Part shown: positions 18,961-28,674 of the stretch, in pieces
Layout: each line of letters begins with the position of its first letter
How positions within the stretch are numbered: the stretch's first letter is position 1
Assembly (NCBI GenBank): GCA_030609775.1
Contig: JAUWTD010000003.1
Span: 1 to 52,929, forward strand
DNA length: 52,929 nucleotides
Origin: Candidatus Altiarchaeota archaeon
GTDB lineage: Archaea > Altiarchaeota > Altiarchaeia > IMC4 > QMZM01
Reading direction: 5' to 3'
The notes under the pieces: model-generated
The model's database searches: none
What the model was told of the DNA's origin: nothing
The model's input: only the letters and a program-made list of their open reading frames with translations
Program-made: the position numbers and the translations under genes

Positions 18961-18996
18961 TATAAAAAAAATATAAAAGAAAAAAAAGAAAAAGGA
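18961..18996 (-). terminator. Oligo-T terminator downstream of pilin paralog 1
   Basis: A long A-tract on + (T-tract on -) lies just after the stop codon at 19013. Confidence 0.6.
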
Positions 18997-19012
18997 TGAT
19001 GGGTAGTTTATT

Positions 19013-19483
19013 TTACTCTGCTACACCGTTTATCCTTCCTCGGTCTGTGTGGGTTATAACCTGACCTGCTACTGTCTGGCTATATGAGATGTTTATGTTC
19101 ACAGAAAACGAATCACCCACAGCTTTAGGACCGCAGGTAGTACCTGTAACTATTGTCGTAGCACCTGCTGTCAATGTAGTTGCTGCGGCACTTGCAACTG
19201 TGCAATCTCCGCTCGCAGTTACGTTCACACCACTGATAGATGTGCCTGCTCCGTTATTTATAACAAAACTAAGAGTTGATCCAGTATACTTGATACTCGG
19301 CTCAAACGGTTTTATCTTAGCGAATCCTACGGCGGTGTTCACTGCTCCTGGTCCTCCTCCGAAGACTCCGAGCTGCCATAGTACAACTCCAACAATCATC
19401 ACGACGAGTATGGCCCAACCATACGTCATCAAATACTCCATAGCACCTTGTCCTTTATTATTATCCAAACTCATTTTACTCAT
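19013..19483 (-). CDS. Type IV pilin-like protein with class III signal peptide (paralog 1, probable major pilin)
   Basis: KG/QGAMEYLMTYGWAILVV; SD GAGGTG upstream; sequons NVT and NIS; paired Cys. Confidence 0.88.
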   Translation of the reverse strand: MSKMSLDNNKGQGAMEYLMTYGWAILVVMIVGVVLWQLGVFGGGPGAVNTAVGFAKIKPFEPSIKYTGSTLSFVINNGAGTSISGVNVTASGDCTVASAAATTLTAGATTIVTGTTCGPKAVGDSFSVNINISYSQTVAGQVITHTDRGRINGVAE

Positions 19484-19583
19484 TTTATTTTTTTCACCTC
19501 AAAAATCTATTCCACACCAAAAAAGATATACTAGCCCATTAAACCACCTAATGTTAAGTATAATCTCATTATGTTAATTCACG

Positions 19584-19599
19584 TATAAATACCTTTCGG
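19584..19599 (-). promoter_or_regulatory. Archaeal BRE-TATA promoter for pilin paralog 1
   Basis: The minus strand reads CCGAAAGGTATTTATA, a close match to BRE plus TATA. Confidence 0.65.
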
Positions 19600-19701
19600 T
19601 TTACTTGTGGCTTTCCCTGCGCAATAGGTATGTATATTATGCATATGCGCCGGGTTATATATGTGTTTATATAATTTATCCGTTGGAATCATAAATTAAT
19701 T

Positions 19702-20433
19702 ATGCAAATACTAAAGAGGGGTGTTGACAAATATGTTCGCAGCAATATTGAGTTAACCTCAAGCCTCTTATTCCTTTCCCTGTTGATTTTTATCTTAGCT
19801 ATGTCTCTTTTTGTTTTAAATGAGTTTATGTATTCTATGCTGGGTCTCATAATGTTGCCTCTTGCATATGCTCTTGGATTATATGCTTATCAGCGGCATA
19901 TTTTATGGGGTAGTGGCGTAGCAGGAGAAGGTATTGTAACAAGGGAGTTGGAGAAACTCAATGACTCCTATTATCTGATTAATGGGGTGGTCATACCTCC
20001 CAATAGGGGTGATACGGACCATATTATCATTGGATCTAATGGAATATTCATTATAGAGTCAAAAAACTATGGCGGTGAAATAGACTGCGATGGTGATTCA
20101 TGGAGTAGATACAAGACAAGTAGGCGTGGGAAAAAATATGATCTCTCTATAGGCAGCCCCAGCAGACAGGTTAAGAGAAATGCAAAGGTTTTGAAGGATT
20201 TTATCCTAAAACATGAAAAAGAGATATTCAAAAGGAAAACGCCGCATATATGGATTCATAGCCTACTTGTTTTCACTAACAAGAACGTTAAAGTGCACAT
20301 AAAGAACCCTACAGTGGATGTCTTGAAGGTATCTGAAATCATTAACCATATACTGCGTAAGACCTCCAAATTCAGGTTAACTAAGGAAGAATCAAGCAGA
20401 ATGGGTGATGTGATACTGAAATATTCTAAATAA
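19702..20433 (+). CDS. Membrane-anchored NERD-domain (PD-(D/E)xK) nuclease-like protein
   Basis: Two N-terminal TM segments, then G..GE, DTDHIIIGSNGIFIIESKNYGG and SPSRQVKRNA. Confidence 0.85.
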   Translation: MQILKRGVDKYVRSNIELTSSLLFLSLLIFILAMSLFVLNEFMYSMLGLIMLPLAYALGLYAYQRHILWGSGVAGEGIVTRELEKLNDSYYLINGVVIPPNRGDTDHIIIGSNGIFIIESKNYGGEIDCDGDSWSRYKTSRRGKKYDLSIGSPSRQVKRNAKVLKDFILKHEKEIFKRKTPHIWIHSLLVFTNKNVKVHIKNPTVDVLKVSEIINHILRKTSKFRLTKEESSRMGDVILKYSK

Positions 20434-20443
20434 AAAAAATAGT

Positions 20444-21613
20444 TTACATTGTTCCCATCATACCGGAGAATAATGATCCAAGTAAAAGTCTTAGTGCAAG
20501 GAAAATACCTACGGAAAGTATCATAGTTACTGGAATAAGGGGTAGTCCCCGGGTCATTTTACCTGAGCGCATAAGGCCCATTAAAAGAGAACCAAAAAAA
20601 GAGCAGACACATAAAACAATAATTGTATACATTACAAAACCCTCTTCTGTGATTGCAAGCGGTTGAAGGGAAACCATGCTGCCTTGATCTTTTATGCTAT
20701 CCAAATCTATCATAGATAATACTTGGGAGAATACGCTTACGAATTGGGATGATGCTGCGAATAATAGTGGTGCGCCAAATATAAGTGAAAACATGATGAA
20801 CATAACCTGTGACGTTGTTTCGCTCTCCATCCGCTTCACCAGATTCTGTTCTGTGCGAATATCTTTTGAAATTTCCTGCAGTACTGTGGGAAGTTCACCT
20901 CCTGATCTCATTCCCTGGACCATCAACTTGACTGTACGTGCCAATTTATCTGATTTAACCCTTTTACTCATGTTTATCAAAGCAGTCTCTAAAGGCACAC
21001 CTGTTAGTGTATCTCTTGCAACCTTTTGCATCTCGTCGGCAAGTGCTCCGAATTCAGGTCTTGCAGCAGACCATAATGCATTATATGGTGTCATACCTGC
21101 TCCCATATTCTGTGATATCATTGACAGAAGATCAGGCAGAACCTTTTCAATGCTTCCTGTACGTTTGTCTACGAGAAAGTTTAGCATCATGTAAAGCAGA
21201 ATCCATACCAATATAAATGATAGTAAGGCACACCCCAGTGCGATAGCATGATCTGTTGTGGCGACTAATGCAATAAGCCCGACTACAATGGGGAACAGTA
21301 TACTATACATCATTGTCATACCAAGCGTTTCCTCGGGGTTTCTCGTAAGCCCTGAATAGAGGAACATCCCCTCAAGCGTCTCTCTTATATGGAATGGAAA
21401 CAATGACCCTACTCTATGGTGCGTTGATTTGACAAATTTTATAAAGAATTCTTTAAGTGGTCTAAGAAAGCTGTTAACTGTTTCATATATTGACGATAAA
21501 ATAGACATAATGGTGTTAGCTGGTTTAGTAATGATGTAGACTATTAATTTTATCAATGATTCCATTATGTGATAGAAAACATTTGATGCCTTCTTTTGTT
21601 TATTTTTTTTCAT
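20444..21613 (-). CDS. Type IV pilus platform membrane protein (TadC / T2SS-F family)
   Basis: LPDLLSMISQNMGAGMTP...ARPEFG and SGGEL, with multiple TMs; downstream of the ATPase. Confidence 0.87.
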   Translation of the reverse strand: MKKNKQKKASNVFYHIMESLIKLIVYIITKPANTIMSILSSIYETVNSFLRPLKEFFIKFVKSTHHRVGSLFPFHIRETLEGMFLYSGLTRNPEETLGMTMMYSILFPIVVGLIALVATTDHAIALGCALLSFILVWILLYMMLNFLVDKRTGSIEKVLPDLLSMISQNMGAGMTPYNALWSAARPEFGALADEMQKVARDTLTGVPLETALINMSKRVKSDKLARTVKLMVQGMRSGGELPTVLQEISKDIRTEQNLVKRMESETTSQVMFIMFSLIFGAPLLFAASSQFVSVFSQVLSMIDLDSIKDQGSMVSLQPLAITEEGFVMYTIIVLCVCSFFGSLLMGLMRSGKMTRGLPLIPVTMILSVGIFLALRLLLGSLFSGMMGTM

Positions 21614-21615
21614 CG

Positions 21616-22485
21616 TTAGCCTATGTATGGGCGCTTACTCCTTACCATTGATATGAATATTATCTGGAATGCGATGAGGCCTACGAGTATGCCCCAGAAG
21701 ATGTCCATGCTTATTGTTTTCCCACCTATAAAACTTGAAAGCACTACAAGCAAGGTTACTCCCATTGAGGGTGCAACGATTACTGCCATCATGTATATTA
21801 AACCCCACAGACTCAGTTCTTGGCCATATATCTTTATCTTGTTTTCTTTTTCCTGTCTTATATCATTTGAAAGGGCTATGATTGCAAGTTTTATATCTGA
21901 GCCGGTTTGCATTGCGTTTGCGATCTGCCATAAAGCTCTTCTCATGTATTCTGATGGGGAGATGATGCCGTAGTTATTTAACACATCCCTCATGGAGCTT
22001 CCTGATTCAACCTCCTGCACTATTTCAGCTATAAGTGCCGAACATTCGCCGTAACCTCCTGCAGCTATGTTAGCAAGGGCGTTGAATAAAGGCACTCCTG
22101 CAGTCATCTGAATCTGCATATCTTTTAGCATATACTCCAGGTCCTGATCTATTAGTTTACCCTCCTTTAGCACAACCATCTTTGGCATGAAGAGCAGATA
22201 AAAAAATGAGATGATTGCTATAAACACCGGCAGACTTACTGCAATATATGGGTTGAATTCAGTGTTCGTTAAAAAGAAGGGTGTGGTTGTAAGGAGTAAT
22301 GTACCCACAAGCGCAGACATTGAAATGAAAAGCGTTATTGCAAGGTATTCAACAGCCCTCATCTTGTAGCCTGCCCTTTTCAGGTCCCATTCAAGCTCTG
22401 GGAAAACCAATAGAAGCCTTTTTGCCGGTAAGTTTAAAACCTTTGCAGATTCTTGTAATTTTTCTGAATTGAATGGAGATTCCAT
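21616..22485 (-). CDS. Type IV pilus platform membrane protein (TadB / T2SS-F family)
   Basis: AGVPLFNAL...GYGE and PSMGVT, with TMs. Confidence 0.85.
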   Translation of the reverse strand: MESPFNSEKLQESAKVLNLPAKRLLLVFPELEWDLKRAGYKMRAVEYLAITLFISMSALVGTLLLTTTPFFLTNTEFNPYIAVSLPVFIAIISFFYLLFMPKMVVLKEGKLIDQDLEYMLKDMQIQMTAGVPLFNALANIAAGGYGECSALIAEIVQEVESGSSMRDVLNNYGIISPSEYMRRALWQIANAMQTGSDIKLAIIALSNDIRQEKENKIKIYGQELSLWGLIYMMAVIVAPSMGVTLLVVLSSFIGGKTISMDIFWGILVGLIAFQIIFISMVRSKRPYIG

Positions 22486-22522
22486 TTTATATAATAATAA
22501 TCTATTTAGCTTAACCTACCTA

Positions 22523-24115
22523 TTAAATGTCTTTGTCTCCTTCCACAAGGTCGAGGACTGTGTCCTTATCTATGTAATATTCTGTTATTATCTTGCCTAC
22601 GTCATTTACGTTTTTTATGTCATGTTCCTGTAACCACTCCAGAATCTTTCTCTTGCCTTTAAGATCCTCCTCTATGTCTCCGTCGCTCATCCCTGAGAAG
22701 AGTTTGATTTCATCCTTCACTCGGATGCTCTCTGATACTTTTTCTGTTTTATCTGTTTTGTGAGTCCACTGGTAGAGGATGTTGACGTTGGGGGTGTATC
22801 CCTCTCCCGGGCTAAGTTCAGCTATTTCAAGTGTGCGTCTTTGGCCGGTTTTCCTGTTCATATGTTGTATGACTATTAATGGAAGTGAACCTAAGACCAG
22901 CCCGGGGATATTCATTGGAGGTCCCATAATCCTGTCTACTACTTCACGTGCTCTGTTTGCGTGGAATGTTCCATAAACGGAGTGGCCGGTGTGCATGGCC
23001 TCAAATAAGACCTCGGTTTCTCTTTTCTTTCTGACCTCTCCTATAATGATTCTGTCAGGTCTCATCCTGAGAGCATTTTCAACCAGCTGTAGCATAGATA
23101 CCTCACCTTCTCCATGAGGGTTAGGCGGTCTCGTTGTTAAAGGAACCCAATGCAGAAAGTCTGGTAGGTTTAACTCTCTTGTATCTTCCATAGATAGGAT
23201 TCTTTGGTTTGCTGGCATGAAAGGCATCAGTGCGTTTAGCATTGAGGTTTTTCCTGATGCAGTGCCTCCACTTATTAGCATGCTAAGTTCATATTCAACT
23301 GAGAGCCACAGAAACGCTGCCGCCTCAACAGATATCGTGTTAACTGCAGGATCAATCAAGTGGACTATGGTCCAGGGGGTTCTAGAAAATCTCCTGATTG
23401 TCATGGTATTCCCTGCTGTTGAGATAGGGAATAATGTCGCATTTACTCTGTCTCCTGTTGAGAGATGTGCGTCTAGGAGGGGCTCAAGGTGGGTTATCTC
23501 TCTTCCTACCTCTCGTGCTATCCTTGCAGCATAATTCATTATCATAGCCTCTGAGGTTATCTGGATGCTTGTTTTTATCCAGTTATATTTTTTATGATAT
23601 ACCCAGACAACATCTTTGCAGTTGTTAACAACTACCTCCTCAACATAATCATCTGCAAGAAGGTATTCTATTTCTCCGATACCGAGCATATCATTTACTA
23701 TCATCCTGCTCAGTATTGCAATGTCTTGTTCGGATGCTTTCTTTAAGACATTAGATAGTTTTTCTTTGGAACGCTCAAGAAACTTTTTCTTCAGTTCGTG
23801 GAATTTATCAGAGCTTAATGTATTCCGGGTTTCAAACTGTATCCCCCCTACCAGGCTTCTTTTTGTTTCATCGAGGAGGGCGGATGTAACGAAATCTATG
23901 TCTGGGAGCAGTATCTGGTAATGTGGCACATAATCTCCAACATCCAAAATATTTACCTCAAGTGTCAGCCCATCAAGGACTATGTTGTATGACTCTATTT
24001 CAACCTGCTCTACATCATCACTATCTTTTGGTGTGGCTGCATTAGCTCTCTTACCTATTTTATCTTTCTGTTCCTTCCCGGCGCCCTCTACATCATCTAC
24101 TGAGTTAGAACTCAT
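22523..24115 (-). CDS. Type IV pilus / secretion ATPase (TadA/CpaF/FlaI family)
   Basis: Walker A GGTASGKTS, EDTREL, LRMRPDRIIIGEVR and MHTGHSVYGTFHA. Confidence 0.95.
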   Translation of the reverse strand: MSSNSVDDVEGAGKEQKDKIGKRANAATPKDSDDVEQVEIESYNIVLDGLTLEVNILDVGDYVPHYQILLPDIDFVTSALLDETKRSLVGGIQFETRNTLSSDKFHELKKKFLERSKEKLSNVLKKASEQDIAILSRMIVNDMLGIGEIEYLLADDYVEEVVVNNCKDVVWVYHKKYNWIKTSIQITSEAMIMNYAARIAREVGREITHLEPLLDAHLSTGDRVNATLFPISTAGNTMTIRRFSRTPWTIVHLIDPAVNTISVEAAAFLWLSVEYELSMLISGGTASGKTSMLNALMPFMPANQRILSMEDTRELNLPDFLHWVPLTTRPPNPHGEGEVSMLQLVENALRMRPDRIIIGEVRKKRETEVLFEAMHTGHSVYGTFHANRAREVVDRIMGPPMNIPGLVLGSLPLIVIQHMNRKTGQRRTLEIAELSPGEGYTPNVNILYQWTHKTDKTEKVSESIRVKDEIKLFSGMSDGDIEEDLKGKRKILEWLQEHDIKNVNDVGKIITEYYIDKDTVLDLVEGDKDI

Positions 24116-24230
24116 CCTGTATTTGTTATAAGAATCACTAATATTAAATATATATTAATCATTGGTTTAAATGCTTTTAAAAACAAAAAAAAGGAGGTGC
24201 AAGCGCAAGAATGGGTTTTGCGTGTTTGCA

Positions 24231-25019
24231 ATGAAAAGATTAATTGTCATTTTCGCAGTCTTTATATGTATCGGGGTTTCATCTGCGTCCTTTATCTCTA
24301 TGACTCCTAGTGTGTCAAGTGAGAAGATAATTCAAGGCAATAACTCAATTATTAACCTAACCCTTGCAAATTTCGGAGATGAGGCTGCATATGATGTATC
24401 TGCTTCCATTGTAATGCCCGGGGGTTTGCATGCAAATGATTTGTTTTTGGGTAGATTGAATCCAAACGAGACATATTCAGGCAAGTTTGAGGCAGATATT
24501 GGCGAGAATATGGTTCCGGGAAAATATACAATCCTTCTGATGGTTGACTACAAGGATGCTAACGGGCATCCGTTCTCTGCAGTTTCGGCTTTTTCTTTGG
24601 TAATAAAAACGGTTTCAGTCTCTAAGCTAACCCCTAAGATCAATGAGCTTGATCTAGCTGTTACAGAAACAAAAGAGTTAAAGATGTCTGTAAGAAACAT
24701 AGATAATATCCCTCATCAGGTTACTGTGTCTATGTTCCTGCCAAGAGAATTGTCATCTGATATAAGTGAAAAAACCATTATTGTTGACAAAAAATCAGAT
24801 AAAGACATCGCATTCACGGTGTCATCATTTGGTGCTCTTCCCGGGAGCAACTATGCAATCTTTGCAGTGGTCTCTTATGAAGAATCCGGGCTATATTATT
24901 CCTCGTTTTCTAGTGGCGTAATTCATGTGATTGAAAAAGAAACCTTGCCCTCATGGATTCCGATAGCGTTGCTTCTGCTTTTGGTGTTCTTTTTTGTTAT
25001 ATATCAATTCAGAAAATGA
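24231..25019 (+). CDS. Secreted S-layer-like (COG1361-type Ig folds) protein with a C-terminal TM anchor
   Basis: Signal peptide from ATG 24231, NLTLANFGDEAAYDV, PGKY and a hydrophobic C-terminus; several NxS/T sequons. Confidence 0.7.
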   Translation: MKRLIVIFAVFICIGVSSASFISMTPSVSSEKIIQGNNSIINLTLANFGDEAAYDVSASIVMPGGLHANDLFLGRLNPNETYSGKFEADIGENMVPGKYTILLMVDYKDANGHPFSAVSAFSLVIKTVSVSKLTPKINELDLAVTETKELKMSVRNIDNIPHQVTVSMFLPRELSSDISEKTIIVDKKSDKDIAFTVSSFGALPGSNYAIFAVVSYEESGLYYSSFSSGVIHVIEKETLPSWIPIALLLLLVFFFVIYQFRK

Positions 25020-27904
25020 GATTTACGAAGCCTGATTTGAAGTTTGTTGCAAACTGTGTTTCTCTTTTGATGGTTTTTGCATTTATCTCATTATTTTTTA
25101 CACCTAATCTGATGCTATCTGAGACAACAACCACTGGAGGTGACATGGGTTCACATTATGTCCTTGCGCATTATCTCAGAAACCATCTGCTGCCTCAAGG
25201 AAAACTCATAGGCTGGTATCCTAACTGGATGGCGGGAATACCGATGTTTCAGTTCTATTTTGTCCCGCCTTATCTGCTTATGTCTATTCTTTCAATTTAT
25301 TTGCCTCTGGAGGTTGCATTCAAGCTTGTAACCGTTCTTGGAATATTTCTTTTGCCGCTGACAGCATACCTTACAATGTATGCCATGAAATTTGAGTTCC
25401 CTGCCCCTGCCATAGCTGCGGGATTCTCAACTCTTCTTCTTTTCCTAGAAACATATTCTCAATGGGGTGGAAACATTCCTAGCACCCTCGCAGGAGAATT
25501 CTCCTATATGCTAAGTTTTTCTCTTTCGATTCTATTTATAGGATGCCTATATCGGGGGATTGATCAAAACCGGCATATTGTATTAAATTCTGTTTTACTC
25601 TCATGTGTGGTTCTCACACACATATATACTGCGATATTTGTTACTGTTGCCTCAATGTTTTTTCTCTTAGTAAGCGGGAGATCTAAAAATCTTTTATATT
25701 TGGCTAAGATGTTTATGCTAGCAGGCATGATCTCAAGTTTCTGGGCTATTCCCTTGCTTGTGAAGATGGGGTTTTCTGCCGCACCCAAGGATGTGTTCTA
25801 TGGATTCCCTAGTATAGATAAATTCATAAATCCCACATTCTCCCTCTTCTATATGCTGGCGGCTGTAAGCATTGCATCCGGGATAATAAACAAGGATCGG
25901 CGCATAACCTATTGTCTCTGGATGATTTTTTCGCTTGTTGGTCTCATACTTTCTATAAAACACATAAATCTATTATATATCCGATTCATTTCATTTATCT
26001 ATTTTATTCCGCTGCTTATGGCAGCAGACGGTCTAGGTAGGCTGTCACGGGGTCTTAAGGCCAGATGGGCGTTTCCAATAATTGTTGTGTTATTTACACT
26101 TGTTTGGGTCAACTTTGGCGTATCCGGGATTATTTCTGAATCAGGCGATTTGGCAGGTTTAGAGGATAATTCTCATCTTAAATCTGCAGAGTCTTTCTTC
26201 AGTGATAACCCATTCGTAAGTTCTGGAGTAACCTATATCCCTCACTGGATTAAGTGGAACTATGAGGGGCTTGAGGGAAAGGATACCTATGATACATTTA
26301 AGGAGTTGAATGACTATCTCCGGGATGGGAATCTATCCGGTAGGGTTGATTTCGAGTACTCTGGTGAATACAATCGGTTTGGAACGCCGCGGGTTTTTGA
26401 GGTATCGCCGGTTTTCTCTAATAAAAGTGTTATGGAATCTCTTCTCCTTGAGTCTTCACTGACGTTTCCCTTCTTTTATTACATCCAAAAAGAGATGTCT
26501 CAGAGTGCATGGTGGCCTGGTTTTCCCTTGGAGATGCCTGAGTTTGACCCTGATTCTGGAGCAGAGAGTTTGCGCCTTTATAATGTCCAATATTTTATTG
26601 CAAGCTCGGAGAAAACCAAAAACGCGCTTGATGAAAATAAAAGGTATCGTCTGATTAAGGAAATTAATGGATTCAACATATATGCTGTAAATGAGGACTC
26701 ACATTATGTAGAGGCCCTGAAAAGAGAGCCTGTGCTTGTCATTACCGATGAGTGGAAGCAATTCTCATATGACTGGATTTCGATGGGCTATAAAGATGTT
26801 CCCCTTGTTTTTTCCAAAACACTTGATGGCTATGATATAGAGAATTTTCGCCTTATTGTACTCGATAAATCCTTAACCATTCCGGATGGAAGAGAAGTAT
26901 TTTATCCGGAGAATATTGTTGATGCATTAGAGAACGCAAGTGAAGTAGACTCTAATTGTATCATCTCTGAGGAGTTGTTTGCCGATGAGATACGGATTCA
27001 TACGAATTGTGTAGGGAAGCCCCTTATAGTAAAGGTATCCTATTTTCCTAACTGGAAGGTTGATGGGGCAAAGAAGATATATATCGCCTCTCCGTCCCTG
27101 ATGCTGATAATCCCTCAAAGAGAAGACGTACGCATATATTATGGTGAAACACTGGCAGATCAGGTGGGGAACACTTTTTCTATCCTAGGTATTCTTGCGG
27201 TAATCTACTGGATTTTTATAAAGAATAAGGTGTTTAGGAAGAGAATTCATGTAAGGTTTCTTGAGTTTATCAAATATGAAAAGATAAATAAATCCCTTAA
27301 ATCATGGGGTCAGCATATGAGTGAGGAGATAACAAAGATTATCCCTAAACTGAAGAGGAATTGGCGTATCATTCTCTTTGTTGTTTTTGTTTTAATTATC
27401 TTATCTGGTTTTCTATCCTATCTTAGCGAGAAGAAATCCTGTGACGACTTCTGCACCTCCCGAGGTTTTTTTAAGGGGGAAAAACATTTCCGCGGTGAGG
27501 TAATTGATCACTTCGATTTCGGATACTCGCATCAGCAAGATAATCTGGAACATAACCTTGAATGCACGGCAAGCTGCGATAAGTCCCGGGACGACATGGT
27601 TTATGTTTCAGGAGGCTATGTGGAGTTTGACATGTCTGTGTTAGAAGGCATAGATAATTCATTGGTTCTCCGTATGTGGGATAATGTTAACTGTAGGTCT
27701 GGGGACATATATATTGATGGTGTTTTTGCGGCAAGGATTGATGGGAACGGAAAATTTGGTTGGAAGGATTTTGAATTCAGGATAGCAAAAGAGTATCTGA
27801 ATTCTTCAAAGATACGTGTACGCTTAGAGCACGTAAACACGGACTGTCATGGTTGGGATCTCTCTGATGCATATATTCATGCACCTAACTGTGTCTGTTA
27901 TTAG
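25016..27904 (+). CDS. Large polytopic membrane protein, 'PTPS-related'/YfhO-like, probable GT-C glycosyltransferase
   Basis: TTGGDMGSH, GWYPNWMAGIPMFQFY and GGNIPSTLAGEFS motifs; about 12 TMs; VKVSYFPNWKV; extra Cys-rich C-terminal domain. ATGA overlap with the upstream gene. Confidence 0.78.
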   Translation: MRFTKPDLKFVANCVSLLMVFAFISLFFTPNLMLSETTTTGGDMGSHYVLAHYLRNHLLPQGKLIGWYPNWMAGIPMFQFYFVPPYLLMSILSIYLPLEVAFKLVTVLGIFLLPLTAYLTMYAMKFEFPAPAIAAGFSTLLLFLETYSQWGGNIPSTLAGEFSYMLSFSLSILFIGCLYRGIDQNRHIVLNSVLLSCVVLTHIYTAIFVTVASMFFLLVSGRSKNLLYLAKMFMLAGMISSFWAIPLLVKMGFSAAPKDVFYGFPSIDKFINPTFSLFYMLAAVSIASGIINKDRRITYCLWMIFSLVGLILSIKHINLLYIRFISFIYFIPLLMAADGLGRLSRGLKARWAFPIIVVLFTLVWVNFGVSGIISESGDLAGLEDNSHLKSAESFFSDNPFVSSGVTYIPHWIKWNYEGLEGKDTYDTFKELNDYLRDGNLSGRVDFEYSGEYNRFGTPRVFEVSPVFSNKSVMESLLLESSLTFPFFYYIQKEMSQSAWWPGFPLEMPEFDPDSGAESLRLYNVQYFIASSEKTKNALDENKRYRLIKEINGFNIYAVNEDSHYVEALKREPVLVITDEWKQFSYDWISMGYKDVPLVFSKTLDGYDIENFRLIVLDKSLTIPDGREVFYPENIVDALENASEVDSNCIISEELFADEIRIHTNCVGKPLIVKVSYFPNWKVDGAKKIYIASPSLMLIIPQREDVRIYYGETLADQVGNTFSILGILAVIYWIFIKNKVFRKRIHVRFLEFIKYEKINKSLKSWGQHMSEEITKIIPKLKRNWRIILFVVFVLIILSGFLSYLSEKKSCDDFCTSRGFFKGEKHFRGEVIDHFDFGYSHQQDNLEHNLECTASCDKSRDDMVYVSGGYVEFDMSVLEGIDNSLVLRMWDNVNCRSGDIYIDGVFAARIDGNGKFGWKDFEFRIAKEYLNSSKIRVRLEHVNTDCHGWDLSDAYIHAPNCVCY

Positions 27905-27928
27905 TGCATCCTCTAAATAATACTATTA

Positions 27929-28615
27929 ATGATGATCTCTCTTGTTATCCCTGTACATAATGAGGCGGATGTATTAGAGGGCAACCTTAACCAGCTTGTT
28001 GATCACATGCAGTCTTTTAGCAGTAGTTTTGAGGTTGTTCTCGTAGAGAATGGAAGCTCTGATTCAACATTCCGGATTGCAGAAAACATCTCACAAAGTG
28101 ATCCGAGGGTAAGGGCTTTATCTTTACCTGTAAAGGATCTTGGCGGGTCTCTGAGGAAGGGCATACTTGAAGCGAATGGAAAATATCTGATATGGTATCC
28201 CATAGATCTGTCCGTGAACTTTGACTACATTCAAAAATCCCTTGAGGAGATAAAGGACCACGACATTATTGTGGGATCAAAAGAGCATCCGTTGTCCTCT
28301 GTAACCCGTTCAAGTAAACGAAGGTATCTCTCTTTTGTCTATAATTCCATTGTGAATCTGTTGTTTGGTTTAGGGTTTTCTGATACTCAGTGTGTGAAGA
28401 CGCTTAATGCAGAGTCAGTAAAGCCAATAGCAAAGAAAGCAAAAAGCTCGGGTATCATGTGGGAAGTTGAGCTTCTGTATCTTGCAAAAAAAGCCAACTT
28501 GAGATTAAAGGAGGTTCCGGTCTCTGTTCATGATACGCGGAAGGGTTCTAAGATACGGGTCATGGATATGGTAACTGCCTTCTCTAACCTATTTAAGTTA
28601 AGGCTTAGGGTATAA
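27929..28615 (+). CDS. GT2 glycosyltransferase, dolichyl-phosphate glycosyltransferase-like
   Basis: SLVIPVHNE, VENGSSDST, DTQC and EVELL. Confidence 0.85.
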   Translation: MMISLVIPVHNEADVLEGNLNQLVDHMQSFSSSFEVVLVENGSSDSTFRIAENISQSDPRVRALSLPVKDLGGSLRKGILEANGKYLIWYPIDLSVNFDYIQKSLEEIKDHDIIVGSKEHPLSSVTRSSKRRYLSFVYNSIVNLLFGLGFSDTQCVKTLNAESVKPIAKKAKSSGIMWEVELLYLAKKANLRLKEVPVSVHDTRKGSKIRVMDMVTAFSNLFKLRLRV

Positions 28616-28674
28616 GTTATTTAACTTTATTTAACTGTTTTTCATCTATATTCTTTAAACAACATACGTTGAGA

